Source: Thermoguttaceae bacterium (GTDB lineage: Bacteria; Planctomycetota; Planctomycetia; Pirellulales; Thermoguttaceae). Taken from it: 47,451 nt of DNA. This document shows positions 19,097 to 28,070 of the stretch, piece by piece. Positions within the stretch are counted from its first letter, which is position 1, and every line of letters starts with the position of its first letter. The notes under the pieces are model-generated. The model did no database searches and was not told where the DNA came from. It saw nothing but the letters and a program-made list of their open reading frames with translations. Made by a program: the position numbers and the translations under genes. The stretch spans positions 1 to 47,451 of the forward strand of contig JBEKZQ010000667.1 in NCBI GenBank assembly GCA_049509675.1, read 5' to 3'.

Positions 19097-19728
19097 CCCT
19101 CGTCGTCGTCAGTAAATCGCCCGACGCCGTGATCAGCCTGGACCAGGTCAAGCGCTGGCTGCGCATCGACAATCCGGACGAGGACGACCGGGTGCAGTTC
19201 CTGCTCTCGGTGGCCGCCGATTACGTCGAGCAGGTCAGCCGCATGGTCTTTTCGGAGACCGTCTTCCAGCTCGTTTTGGACGCCTTCCCGGCGGTCAACT
19301 GGTATCAGTATTACCCGGTGATGGCCCCGTTCCCGCAACTGCTGACCCTGGGGCAAAACTTCTTCCTCCCGAATCAGACCATCAACCAGCCGGTCTACCC
19401 GGTCACGTCGATCGACTCGATCCAGTACGTCGACGCCGACAGCGGCCAGGTCACCACGCTCGACCCGTCGCTCTACACGGTGGACCTGGCCGGCACGCGG
19501 ATCGCCCCGGCGGCGCAGCAGATTTGGCCGGCGGCCAAGAACCAGCTCGACTCGGTCACGATCCAGTTCCACGCCGGCTTCGGCCCGGGCAACGTGCCCA
19601 CGCCGCTGAAGCTGGCGGTCCTCAACCATTGCCTGCTGGCCTATATGAACCCCGGCGGCATCCCCGCCGCCGATTTAGAGAATCTCGATAAGGCAATCAT
19701 CGCCCAGAGACAAAATCTGCTCGTATGA
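19093..19728 (+). CDS. Head-tail connector protein (gp6-like)
   Basis: ISLDQVKRWLRIDNPDEDDRVQFLLSVAADYVEQ is the typical N-terminal signature. Start overlaps the upstream stop. Confidence 0.7.
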   Translation: MTLVVVSKSPDAVISLDQVKRWLRIDNPDEDDRVQFLLSVAADYVEQVSRMVFSETVFQLVLDAFPAVNWYQYYPVMAPFPQLLTLGQNFFLPNQTINQPVYPVTSIDSIQYVDADSGQVTTLDPSLYTVDLAGTRIAPAAQQIWPAAKNQLDSVTIQFHAGFGPGNVPTPLKLAVLNHCLLAYMNPGGIPAADLENLDKAIIAQRQNLLV

Positions 19729-19791
19729 GCGTGGACCGTGGGGCGTGGGGCGTGGACCGATCGCCCCGCGGCCCACGCCCCACGGCCCACG
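19729..19791. repeat. Inverted tandem-repeat hairpin, GTGGGGC/GCCCCAC family
   Basis: gcgtggaccgtggggcgtggggcgtgg / cgccccgcggcccacgccccacggcccacg. Confidence 0.9.
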
Positions 19792-19803
19792 ACACGAACA
19801 CCC

Positions 19804-20142
19804 ATGCCCAGCCACAGAACCCCCATCGGCCAGATGCGCAAGCGGATTGCGATCCTGCTTCCCAACGAGGCCGCCAGCGACAGCGGCGAGACGGCCGGCG
19901 ATCCCACGACCCTGTGCATGGCCTGGGCCCGCATCCTGCCCTTGTCGGGGAGCGAATCGTGGGTATCGCAGGAGCAGCAGGAATTATCCAGCCATCAAAT
20001 CAACATGCGCTACCAGCCGCGCATCACGCCGAAGATGTACGCCACCTACCAGGGTCGGACCTTCAACTTCACATCGGTCCGCGACCTGGACGAGATGCAC
20101 GAGGAGCTGGAGATCCTCGCGAAAGAACCTTTGCAGGAGTGA
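19804..20142 (+). CDS. Head closure / head-tail adaptor protein (SPP1 gp16 / HK97 gp9-like)
   Basis: MRKRIAIL...WARILPLSGSE...INMRYQPRITPKMYATYQGRTFNFTSVRD fits the Phage_H_T_join pattern. Confidence 0.7.
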   Translation: MPSHRTPIGQMRKRIAILLPNEAASDSGETAGDPTTLCMAWARILPLSGSESWVSQEQQELSSHQINMRYQPRITPKMYATYQGRTFNFTSVRDLDEMHEELEILAKEPLQE

Positions 20143-20150
20143 GACATAAC

Positions 20151-20223
20151 GGGATTAGGGATTAGGGATTAGTCGCAGGCGAGATTCCCCCCTCTAATCC
20201 CCAATCCCCAATCCCTAATTCCC
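20151..20223. repeat. Inverted tandem-repeat hairpin, GGGATTA/TAATCCC family
   Basis: gggattagggattagggattag / ctctaatccccaatccccaatccctaattccc, ending 6 nt before the ATG at 20230. Confidence 0.9.
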
Positions 20224-20229
20224 GCCCCC

Positions 20230-20643
20230 ATGAACCTCTTTATCTCCCTGAAATCCGCCTTGCTCTCGATCCCGGCTGTGGCGGCGATCGTCGCCAGCGA
20301 CGCCCACGCGCCCGACCCGACGACGGCCCGGATCTGGAATAGCTGGGAGCGGAAAAACGCCTACCCGTGCATCATCATGGACATCGACCGCGAGGCGGAG
20401 CAGAACGACCTCAGCGGCCGGGGCGACCTGATCATCGCCGAGGTGACCGTTACCTGCCGCGACAACACCCACGACGGTTCCGACGCCTTGCAGCAAGCGG
20501 TCCGGGCCGGACTGGCCGGCTATAGCGGCGATTTCCAGGCGGTGCTGGACGATACGACGCACGCCGAGCCGCCCAAGGGCGACGGCAGCACGGCGCATTG
20601 GTACGACCATGTAATGAGCTTCACGATGTTTTGGAACGAATGA
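20230..20643 (+). CDS. Tail completion protein (DUF3168-like)
   Basis: N-terminus L..AL.SIPAVAAIV....I.....R.NAYPCIIM and ~137-aa size, in the connector-tail junction block. Confidence 0.55.
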   Translation: MNLFISLKSALLSIPAVAAIVASDAHAPDPTTARIWNSWERKNAYPCIIMDIDREAEQNDLSGRGDLIIAEVTVTCRDNTHDGSDALQQAVRAGLAGYSGDFQAVLDDTTHAEPPKGDGSTAHWYDHVMSFTMFWNE

Positions 20644-20651
20644 GGAGCAAA

Positions 20652-20733
20652 GGGATTGGGGATTAGGGATTAGGGATTAGCGGCTGACGCCCAGGTCCCG
20701 GCCCCCTTTTTCCAATCCCCAATCCCCAATCCC
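20652..20733. repeat. Inverted tandem-repeat hairpin, GGGATTA/TAATCCC family
   Basis: gggattggggattagggattagggattag / ccaatccccaatccccaatccc, ending 5 nt before the ATG at 20739. Confidence 0.9.
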
Positions 20734-20738
20734 TGCCC

Positions 20739-21362
20739 ATGGAAGCACTCCGCGGCCTCGATCAACTGGTTCGCACGATCAACCGCCTGAAGGACAAAAC
20801 GGTCCAGAAGGCGGCCAAGGCCGGGCTGAACGCCGGTCTGACGGAGCTCAGCCGCGCGATCAAGACGGCCGTGAACGCCAGCGCCGCCAGCCCGGAGCTG
20901 AAGGCGGCCGCCCGCCAGGCCGTCGGCAAGCGGCTGGTGAAGGAAAGCGAGAGCCGGGCGATCATCGCCGCCAAGGCCGGCTTCGGCGTGGGCCTGCATG
21001 GCAAGCGGAAGCGGGCCAAGGCCGCCGAGCGGGTGGCGGCCCGCCAGGCCGCGCGGGCCGCGGCCGGCAAGCATGCCGGCGGCGTGGGCATCTCGGCCGC
21101 CGACATCCAATGGCCCGTGCTGGGGACGCAGGACCGCTTCACGGGCGCGAAAACGACCACCAATCGCCAGGGGCGCAGATATACCAAGGCGACGGGCAAT
21201 CCCGTGCATCACACGGGCCGCATGCCGGCGGTCCTGAAGGGGATTGTGCCGGCCGTGGCGGCAAGCAGCGGCGATCGCATCCTACAGGCCGTCCGCGAAA
21301 AGGTCCAGAAGACGATCGCCTCCGAGGTCCACGCCTCGCAGGTGCCCAGATTGATTCACTAA
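20739..21362 (+). CDS. HK97 gp10-like tail-head joining protein
   Basis: N-terminus GLDQLVRTINRLKDKTVQKAAKAGLNAGLTELSRAIK resembles HK97 gp10 family openings. By position and size. Confidence 0.55.
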   Translation: MEALRGLDQLVRTINRLKDKTVQKAAKAGLNAGLTELSRAIKTAVNASAASPELKAAARQAVGKRLVKESESRAIIAAKAGFGVGLHGKRKRAKAAERVAARQAARAAAGKHAGGVGISAADIQWPVLGTQDRFTGAKTTTNRQGRRYTKATGNPVHHTGRMPAVLKGIVPAVAASSGDRILQAVREKVQKTIASEVHASQVPRLIH

Positions 21363-21386
21363 ATACTTCACACTGGAGAAATCCCC

Positions 21387-21806
21387 ATGTCCACCCGCAC
21401 CTGCAAAGGCTGCGCCCTGAAGGCCACGATCAGCGGCACGCTGACCGCCATCGCGCAGATCATCAACTTCGACCTCGGCGACATTGAGGGCGAGACCTAC
21501 GAGGCCGATACGCTGGACAACGCCAGCGCCGGCATCCCCTACGCGCCCACCGGCCGCGTGGAAGGCGGCAAGGTCTCCGGCGAACTGTTCTTCGATTACA
21601 ACCTGGGCTCGCACGCCGGCTACGTCGGGCTGATCGGCTCGGGCGGCGTGGCCTGCGCCGCCAGCTTTCCGCAAACGACCAGCTTCAACGCCGCCTTCAC
21701 CGCGGCCGGCTTCGGCCTGGGCCTGACGGTTGCGCTGAAGGAGGGCCTGAAGGGCAAATTCTCGATCAAGATTTCCGGCCAGCCGGTGTTTGCGGCTGGA
21801 AGCTGA
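21387..21806 (+). CDS. Major tail protein
   Basis: 139-aa beta-rich protein immediately upstream of the chaperone/tape-measure block; GETYEADTLDN...GRVEGGKVSGELFFD pattern. Confidence 0.6.
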   Translation: MSTRTCKGCALKATISGTLTAIAQIINFDLGDIEGETYEADTLDNASAGIPYAPTGRVEGGKVSGELFFDYNLGSHAGYVGLIGSGGVACAASFPQTTSFNAAFTAAGFGLGLTVALKEGLKGKFSIKISGQPVFAAGS

Positions 21807-21814
21807 GTACAGGA

Positions 21815-21896
21815 GGGATTGGGAATTAGGGATTAGGGATTAGACCCGAATCCCCATCCGCTTGCGACCAATCCCCAATCCCTAACCTTTAATCCC
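21815..21896. repeat. Inverted tandem-repeat hairpin, GGGATTA/TAATCCC family
   Basis: gggattgggaattagggattagggattag / ccaatccccaatccctaacctttaatccc. Confidence 0.9.
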
Positions 21897-21914
21897 TTTC
21901 ACGAGGAACCCACG

Positions 21915-22307
21915 ATGAAATGCAGATTCCTGATCGACATGGAGCGGCCGTTTGAGACGCCCGAGGAGGAAGCCGCCTTCCGGGCCACCGGCCGCTTTCC
22001 CATCCGGCCCGCGGGCAGCGAGCTCGAAAATCCCGAGGCCTATTTGCTGGTCCGCATGGGCTGCGCCGAGCCGGCCGATCCCGAGTGCGAGGCGGCGCAC
22101 GGCATGGGCCCCGAGCAACTGGCCGCGGCCAGAACGGCCTACGTCCGCGTGGCCGCCGGCATCCACCCCGACGACTATGCGGCCTTCGACGCCGGCGAGA
22201 TGGTCGGCTACGACGCCGACGGCCGCCCCATCCCCGGGCCGAACTATTGCGGCTCGCTGGCCGATTACGAGGCCGGCGCGATGGAGGAAGAGGATACGCT
22301 GGATTGA
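21915..22307 (+). CDS. Hypothetical acidic protein between the major tail and chaperone genes
   Basis: 130-aa ORF with GC-rich third positions and an acidic C-terminus (EAGAMEEEDTLD). No motif recognised. Confidence 0.5.
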   Translation: MKCRFLIDMERPFETPEEEAAFRATGRFPIRPAGSELENPEAYLLVRMGCAEPADPECEAAHGMGPEQLAAARTAYVRVAAGIHPDDYAAFDAGEMVGYDADGRPIPGPNYCGSLADYEAGAMEEEDTLD

Positions 22308-22370
22308 GGACCGTGGGGCGGGGACCGTGGACCGAGCAATCGCCCCACGCCCCACGCTCGACGCCCCACG
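22308..22370. repeat. Inverted tandem-repeat hairpin, GTGGGGC/GCCCCAC family
   Basis: ggaccgtggggcggggaccgtgg / cgccccacgccccacgctcgacgccccacg. Confidence 0.85.
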
Positions 22371-22455
22371 AATATCAAAGTGGGTTCCCGGATTTGGGGG
22401 CCGCGGGCGCAATCCCAACGCCCCCGGATCCGTTTTACCCATAGAAGCAGTTTGA

Positions 22456-22527
22456 AGTTTTCAGTTTTCAGTGTTCAGCAAGACTGGGCATCGGAAGCTG
22501 AAAACTGAAAACTGAAAACTGAAAACT
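22456..22527. repeat. Inverted tandem-repeat hairpin, TTTTCAG/CTGAAAA family
   Basis: agttttcagttttcagtgttcag / ctgaaaactgaaaactgaaaactgaaaact. The left flank agcagtttgaag is shared with the copy at 36470. Confidence 0.9.
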
Positions 22528-22544
22528 ATCACGAAAGGAACCCC

Positions 22545-22943
22545 ATGAAAGACGAGAATCCCCAACTGCTCTCCCGCGACGACCTGATGAAACCTTTGGC
22601 GCGCCGCTACAAGACGGTGGGGCCGCTGCCGGTCCGCGGCGGCTACTGCCGGCTGCAATCGTTGAGCGAGCGGGAGGCCTCGGCCTACGAGGCGGCCAGC
22701 TACGATCGCGGCACCCTCGTGCGCGCCCGAATGGAAGACGCCAACCGCCGCTACCTGGCCATGTGCCTGGTGGACCAGGCCGGCAACCGCCTGCTGGGGC
22801 CCGGCGACGCGGCAAAACTGGCCGACTGGGACCGGGCCGACATGGTCTTCCTCTACAGCGAGGCCGTGGCGCACGTCAACGCCAAGCGGCCGGCCCTGGA
22901 GGACGTTGAAAAAAACTCCGAAAAGACGCCCGCCGCCGGCTAG
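22545..22943 (+). CDS. Tail assembly chaperone (gpG-like)
   Basis: Position directly upstream of the tape measure. Slippery site near its 3' end, with an open -1 frame continuing to 23230. Confidence 0.7.
   Translation: MKDENPQLLSRDDLMKPLARRYKTVGPLPVRGGYCRLQSLSEREASAYEAASYDRGTLVRARMEDANRRYLAMCLVDQAGNRLLGPGDAAKLADWDRADMVFLYSEAVAHVNAKRPALEDVEKNSEKTPAAG
22910..22916 (+). promoter_or_regulatory. Programmed -1 ribosomal frameshift slippery heptamer A_AAA_AAC
   Basis: Zero frame reads GAA AAA AAC (E K N). After a -1 slip the frame CTC CGA AAA GAC ... is open and joins ORF 22952-23230. Confidence 0.7.
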
Positions 22944-23230
22944 CGCTGCGCATGGCGGCGCGGGCCGGAATTTTGGACGTCGACCGCTGGCTGGAAACGA
23001 TCGCGCCGGAGCGGCTCGACGAATGGGAAATTTTCCAGCGGATCGAGCCGGACCCGCTCGATCGGCTGCGGGAGGTGCTGAAGATGGGTTTCGCCCTGCT
23101 GGCCGCCGGCCTGGGCATATCGAAGGTAACGCCGGAGTTTTTCGATCCGGTGAAGCCGGAAGAGGCGGCCCCGGTCGGCGCCCGCGAAGCGGCCGGAATG
23201 CTGCGGAGGAGCGCGGGGCGTGAACCGTGA
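22916..23230 (+). CDS. -1 frame extension of the tail assembly chaperone (gpT-like part of a G-T fusion)
   Basis: No stop from 22916 in the -1 frame: LRKDARRRLALRMAARAGILDVDRWLETIAPERLDEW... Confidence 0.6.
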   Translation, partial: LRKDARRRLALRMAARAGILDVDRWLETIAPERLDEWEIFQRIEPDPLDRLREVLKMGFALLAAGLGISKVTPEFFDPVKPEEAAPVGAREAAGMLRRSAGREP

Positions 23231-23321
23231 AGCGTGGACCGTGGAGCGGGAAATCGTGGGTCGGGGGCCGTGGACCGTGAAGCGAACGATCGCCCCACGG
23301 TCCACGCCCCACGCCCCACGG
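23214..23321. repeat. Inverted tandem-repeat hairpin, GTGGGGC/GCCCCAC family, followed by a (TAATCCC)n arm at 23329-23360
   Basis: Long G-arm 23214-23285, C-arm 23291-23321. The TAATCCC array ends 3 nt before the ATG at 23364. Confidence 0.85.
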
Positions 23322-23363
23322 TTCTGATTCCTAATCCCTAATCCCTAATCGCTAATTCCTCCC

Positions 23364-24818
23364 ATGAGCACCGCGATGGGCGACCTGGTGGTCTCGCTGG
23401 GGCTGGACAACACCCAGTTTCTGGCCGCGCTGAACGGCTCGGGCGAAAGCCTCGACCAGTTCGCCACGCATTCGAGTGAATCATCCTCGGAGATTGAGGG
23501 CCACGTCGGCGGCGCCTCGCGGGCCTTCGGTTTTCTCGGCAAAGAGATCAGGCATGCCGGCGAGGAACTGGGCGGCGAAAACACGGTGATCGGCGAAACG
23601 ATCAGCGGCCTGGGCGGCACGGTCACGGGCATCGGTGAGGTGGTTCACGGCTACCACGCCATGCACACGGCGGTTGAGGTCCTCACCACCGCGCAGGTCT
23701 TCTTGAATTCGATCAGCCCGCTGGGCTGGACGGTGATGATCGGCGGGGCAGTGGCCGCCGGCGCGGCCTATCTGACGCTCAGCCACCATATCGAGACGGC
23801 CGCGGAGGCGGCCGAACACCTGAAAAAAGTGCTGGGCGACATCAATGCGCATCACGGCGCGGAGTTCGACAAGGACGCCGCCAGCAAACAGAAGGAACTA
23901 CAGGAGAACCTCCGCAATCGCGAAGAAGATGCCCGCGATCTCAGCCCGCTCCACGCCGTGTTAATTAGCGGCACCTACGGGTTGAAATATCTCCTTGAGC
24001 TGCATGCAATCGACAAAGCCCATTCCGCCCTCGACGAATTCAACAAGGCGGTCGTTCAGCATCGCCAGCATGAAGCGGGAAACGCCGCCGACAGCTACCT
24101 TTCGCACCTCCGCGAAGAAGCAGAAAAGCTCGACAAAACGCCGCTGGAGCAATTCCAGGAAAACCTGGCAAAGTCCGGGCGGAGCGCCAAAGAGGTGGCC
24201 GAGGAACTGGCCAAGGCCAAGACCTATTCGGCCGACATCGAAAACCACGCCATCAAGTCGGCAATCGACCGCAAGGAGAAGGAGCTCTCGCAGTTCGGCA
24301 TGAGCGACTCGCAAAAGTACGTCGCCAATTTCCAGGCGGAGCATCCCGGCGCCAGTTCCGGGCAACTGGCTCTGGTCAAGGACCAGGCGGCCCGCGAGGA
24401 CGCGCTGAAGAACGACACGGCGATGGAAAAGAAGCTCGACGCCGACCGCACCGCCGAGACCGCCCGGCTGGCGGCCGAGGTGAAGTCGCTCACCGAAGGG
24501 CCGATGGACAAGCTGATCGCCCAGGCCCGCGACCTGCAAATCGGTTTGGCCAACGGCGCGATCGGCCGCGGCGACTATGCCTCGGCCATGGCCGCATTGC
24601 AGGAGAAGGCGACTCCCAAGGCGGAAAAAGAGGCCAAGGAGGAGGCCCCCAAGGCGATCGAATACGGCACGGCCGCCGCCTTCGAGGAGCTCTACAAGGC
24701 CATGCACCCGGACGAGCAGCAGGACCACGCCCAGCGCACGGCCGAGAACACGGCCAAGATGGCGGAACTCATGGAAATCATTCGCGACAACACGGCGAAA
24801 ACGGTGGTGCTGGGATGA
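23364..24818 (+). CDS. Tape measure protein
   Basis: 484-aa helical protein with a hydrophobic central segment (ISPLGWTVMIGGAVAAGAAYL), downstream of the G/GT chaperone. Stop overlaps the next start (ATGA). Confidence 0.8.
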   Translation: MSTAMGDLVVSLGLDNTQFLAALNGSGESLDQFATHSSESSSEIEGHVGGASRAFGFLGKEIRHAGEELGGENTVIGETISGLGGTVTGIGEVVHGYHAMHTAVEVLTTAQVFLNSISPLGWTVMIGGAVAAGAAYLTLSHHIETAAEAAEHLKKVLGDINAHHGAEFDKDAASKQKELQENLRNREEDARDLSPLHAVLISGTYGLKYLLELHAIDKAHSALDEFNKAVVQHRQHEAGNAADSYLSHLREEAEKLDKTPLEQFQENLAKSGRSAKEVAEELAKAKTYSADIENHAIKSAIDRKEKELSQFGMSDSQKYVANFQAEHPGASSGQLALVKDQAAREDALKNDTAMEKKLDADRTAETARLAAEVKSLTEGPMDKLIAQARDLQIGLANGAIGRGDYASAMAALQEKATPKAEKEAKEEAPKAIEYGTAAAFEELYKAMHPDEQQDHAQRTAENTAKMAELMEIIRDNTAKTVVLG

Positions 24819-25729
24819 TCGTTTCCTTCCACGAAATCCACGACGGCCGCGGCGGCGGCGACGAAATCTCCTCCAAGGAGCAATCCAAGGTGGAGTTCAC
24901 GCGGAAGTTTCGCGCCGTCACGTCCAGCCCCTACGACGGCCCGGACGTGGTGCTCGCCGCCATGGACCCGCTGGGCACGCCGCATCCGGCCTATCCCAAT
25001 GCCTTCCTCCGCCGCCGCCGGGCCGAGAATTTCGCCAAGAGCAAGCTGGTGTGGATCGCCACCGCGCAATACTCCAGCGATCCGATCGTCTCGCAAAGCC
25101 CCCAAAGCGATCCGCCGCAGGCCAGTTGGGATACGGAAAGCTTCAGCCGGCCCTATGAGTACGACAAGGACGGCAAACCGGTCGCCAACAGCATGACGGA
25201 CGCCTTCGTCCCGCCGCCCAGCGATACCGATGCATTTTGGGTCTGCACGGTGAAACGGAACGCCACCTTCGTGCCGACCTGGCTGCTGAGCTATCGCAAC
25301 TGCGTCAACAGCGACCAGATCGTGCTGGACGGGGTCACGGTGCGGCCGCTGTGCGGCTGGCTGAAGAGCATCAAGATCAGCCCGATCCAGTTCCGCAACC
25401 AGATAGCCTACCGCGCCCTGCAATTTCAGATCGCCTGCAAAGACGGCCATCAGCTCCGCGCCGCCGTGAGCGGCATCGGCCCCACGCTGGATGATTGGAA
25501 AAAATACATCTGCGACCGCGGCAATCGCCAGAAGAGCCAGGACAACCCCGACCTGCCCAACTACGGCAAGCCCGTGCCGATCGTCAACGCCGACGGCACG
25601 GCCGCGCGGATCCCCTGCTATCTCGACGGCAGCGGCATCAACATCGTGACTCCCACTCCCGACAACGTGGTTTTTTTGCCCTTCCACCTGAAACCCGAAC
25701 AACCGTTCGGGATCCTGCCCCTCTGGTGA
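24815..25729 (+). CDS. Tail tip / distal tail protein (by position)
   Basis: 304-aa ORF translationally coupled to the tape measure gene. No motif recognised. Confidence 0.45.
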   Translation: MIVSFHEIHDGRGGGDEISSKEQSKVEFTRKFRAVTSSPYDGPDVVLAAMDPLGTPHPAYPNAFLRRRRAENFAKSKLVWIATAQYSSDPIVSQSPQSDPPQASWDTESFSRPYEYDKDGKPVANSMTDAFVPPPSDTDAFWVCTVKRNATFVPTWLLSYRNCVNSDQIVLDGVTVRPLCGWLKSIKISPIQFRNQIAYRALQFQIACKDGHQLRAAVSGIGPTLDDWKKYICDRGNRQKSQDNPDLPNYGKPVPIVNADGTAARIPCYLDGSGINIVTPTPDNVVFLPFHLKPEQPFGILPLW

Positions 25730-25732
25730 TCC

Positions 25733-26110
25733 ATGGCCAACGAAATTCAAGCCAGCCTTTCGGTACGCATCCTCAACGGCGCCTATAGCCAGGTGATTTC
25801 CCCGCAACCGGCGAGCATCGCGCAGACCAACGTCGGGGCCGGCGGCATCCCCTCCCAATCGATCCCCACCGCCGACACGGTAATCGCCGGACTTACCGGC
25901 CTGACGGCCAACGGCTACGCCTTCCTGCAGAACCTGGACGCCACGCATTACATTCTCTGGGGCCCGGACAACGGCAGCGGCGCGATCGTCGTCCTGGGCA
26001 AGCTCAAGCCGGGCGAATATGCCTGGGTGCGGATCGCGCCCTCGGTGGTCCTCCGCGCCAAGGCCGACACGGCCGCCTGCAAGCTGCAGGTTTTCGTGTT
26101 GGAGGATTAG
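25733..26110 (+). CDS. Small beta-rich tail/fibre-associated protein
   Basis: 125-aa ORF, 3-nt gaps to both neighbours. Confidence 0.45.
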   Translation: MANEIQASLSVRILNGAYSQVISPQPASIAQTNVGAGGIPSQSIPTADTVIAGLTGLTANGYAFLQNLDATHYILWGPDNGSGAIVVLGKLKPGEYAWVRIAPSVVLRAKADTAACKLQVFVLED

Positions 26111-26113
26111 GCG

Positions 26114-28054
26114 ATGTCGGTCCAAAACGATGCCGTCGACCGCATCTCGGCCGCCGTGCGCGGCTACGAGACGCGGCTGCAGGACCAGCAGCCGATCCAA
26201 AACGGCTACGTCGAATCGCAGCCCCTGCGCTGGATGGTGCTGACCGCCGACCTGCCGGCGGCGACGACAACCACCATCGCCGGCACGAGCATTACGATCA
26301 CCGTTCCGGCCGGCCCGACGGTCGACGCGCCCGCCAACGCCAACCCGGCCGACTGGCAGGCTTATGGCAACAGCGGGGCCGGCGGTTACGTCGTCGACAC
26401 GGCCACCGACTATTTTGTCGCCGAGACGACCGGCAAGCGCTCCTACTCGCAGGGCGAATGGGTGCTCTGCCGGCCGATGGGCAGCGGCAATGGATTCATT
26501 TGGGAACCCCTGTCCGCCGCGGGGATGGCCGCGTTCTGGAACGACGAATCCTCCGCCGCTGCGCCGCCCTATGCCGTGATGGCCGTCACCGGGATGCACG
26601 ATCTGAGCGGCAGCGGCGCAGGTCCATTCCTGCCGGCCTGCAAGCGGGTCACCACGGCCCTGATCGCGACGCAGCGGCAATACCTGGTCAACGGCGCGAC
26701 GCAGGTCGCCGCCCAATCCTCCGGCGCGTACCAGGACGCCTGGGAAGTGAAATGCCTGTACGGCGGCACGGGCACGCCGGCCGTGGAGGACGTCTGGGCG
26801 CCGACCGCGGGACAATGGTATCTCACGAAAAAGGACAAGCTCGCGCCGGCCTGCGTCTGGGGCGTCGTCGATGCCGGCGTCTATAACTCCGCCAATAGCG
26901 TGCTGCTGGGCAAGCAGTGGATCTTCGGCTCGGTGCATCCGCTGTTTTGGAACGACGAAAGCTCCGCCGACGCCCCGCCCTGCGCGCTGATGATGGTCAC
27001 GGGTCTGCACACTTTGCCCGACGGCACGGTCGTGCTCGCGGCCAAGCAGCCCGCGGCAATTACCTCGCAGCCGTACCGGCGGCACTACATCGTCAACGGC
27101 TCCGACACCGTGGCCCATCAAAGCTCCGGCCGCTTCCAGGACGACTGGGAGGTCGAATTCGCCTACAGTTCGGGCACGCCCGCGCTGGAGGACGTCTGGG
27201 GGCCGGCGGCGGCCGGCGGCTGGTACGCTGAGAAAAAGTCTAGCAGCGCGCCCGACTGCCAATGGGGCATTGTTGTCGCCGGGACCGTGGCCAGCGGCAT
27301 CGCCGGCGGCAAGCAGTGGATCTTCGAACAGGGCGCATGGTGCTGGGCGCGCGTGCAGGACGCGGCCACCGCCGCCAGCGCATCCCTGGCGGCCTGGACC
27401 GCCAATCATGACGGCGGCCAGAATTGGCCCGCGCCCGTAAAACCCTGCAACCCGGACGGCAGCCTGATTTCGGGGGCCGTGCCCTTTGCGGCCCTGACGC
27501 CGATCGACCCGGAGCGGGATACTGACCTCTATCCCAACGCGACGGCCGACGACGGCACGGGGAGCATCGTCTTCTGCCAGCGCGACGGATTGACCGGGCA
27601 GTGGATGATCGTCGGCGAGAAGGCGATGGGCGACAAGGCCCATACCGTCAAGCTGTGGAATTCTACTAGCGGTCCGCCGCGGGGCTGGGCGCTGTTTACC
27701 GCGATGGCCGATCGGCACCCGGTCTATCCCGGCGTCGTTACGGGACAGACGGCGCTCGGCAACCAGGGCGGCTACACCTGGCACGGCAAGGCGTGCCCGG
27801 GGGATGCAAGCACCGGCGGCACGCCGGGCACCAACGACCATCCGGACCACAACGATCTCGCCGCCTGCTACCTCACAAATTTGCTGCAGGGAACCCCGGG
27901 CTCGGGACAGAGCAATGTGCCCGGGTGGCTGCTGACGGCCGATCCAACTGGCATAGACTACGAGCATCTCGGCCCCTTCAACAACAACAAGGACACGGAC
28001 AATCGCTCGCTGTACTACTGCGTTTACTTTATTCAGCGCGTGTTGACGATCTGA
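26114..28054 (+). CDS. Tail fibre / receptor-binding candidate with an internal tandem domain duplication
   Basis: Two ~130-aa repeats starting FWNDESSA.APP and ending GKQWIF (26534-26945 and 26946-27330). Last large gene of the tail module. Confidence 0.55.
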   Translation: MSVQNDAVDRISAAVRGYETRLQDQQPIQNGYVESQPLRWMVLTADLPAATTTTIAGTSITITVPAGPTVDAPANANPADWQAYGNSGAGGYVVDTATDYFVAETTGKRSYSQGEWVLCRPMGSGNGFIWEPLSAAGMAAFWNDESSAAAPPYAVMAVTGMHDLSGSGAGPFLPACKRVTTALIATQRQYLVNGATQVAAQSSGAYQDAWEVKCLYGGTGTPAVEDVWAPTAGQWYLTKKDKLAPACVWGVVDAGVYNSANSVLLGKQWIFGSVHPLFWNDESSADAPPCALMMVTGLHTLPDGTVVLAAKQPAAITSQPYRRHYIVNGSDTVAHQSSGRFQDDWEVEFAYSSGTPALEDVWGPAAAGGWYAEKKSSSAPDCQWGIVVAGTVASGIAGGKQWIFEQGAWCWARVQDAATAASASLAAWTANHDGGQNWPAPVKPCNPDGSLISGAVPFAALTPIDPERDTDLYPNATADDGTGSIVFCQRDGLTGQWMIVGEKAMGDKAHTVKLWNSTSGPPRGWALFTAMADRHPVYPGVVTGQTALGNQGGYTWHGKACPGDASTGGTPGTNDHPDHNDLAACYLTNLLQGTPGSGQSNVPGWLLTADPTGIDYEHLGPFNNNKDTDNRSLYYCVYFIQRVLTI

Positions 28055-28070
28055 CATCCAGCGCCCGTTC

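Noticed and set aside
26534-27330. Possible diversity-generating retroelement (template/variable repeat pair) in the fibre gene
   Set aside because: No reverse transcriptase gene is present in the genome. Both copies are coding and adjacent within one ORF, and their differences are not confined to adenine positions.
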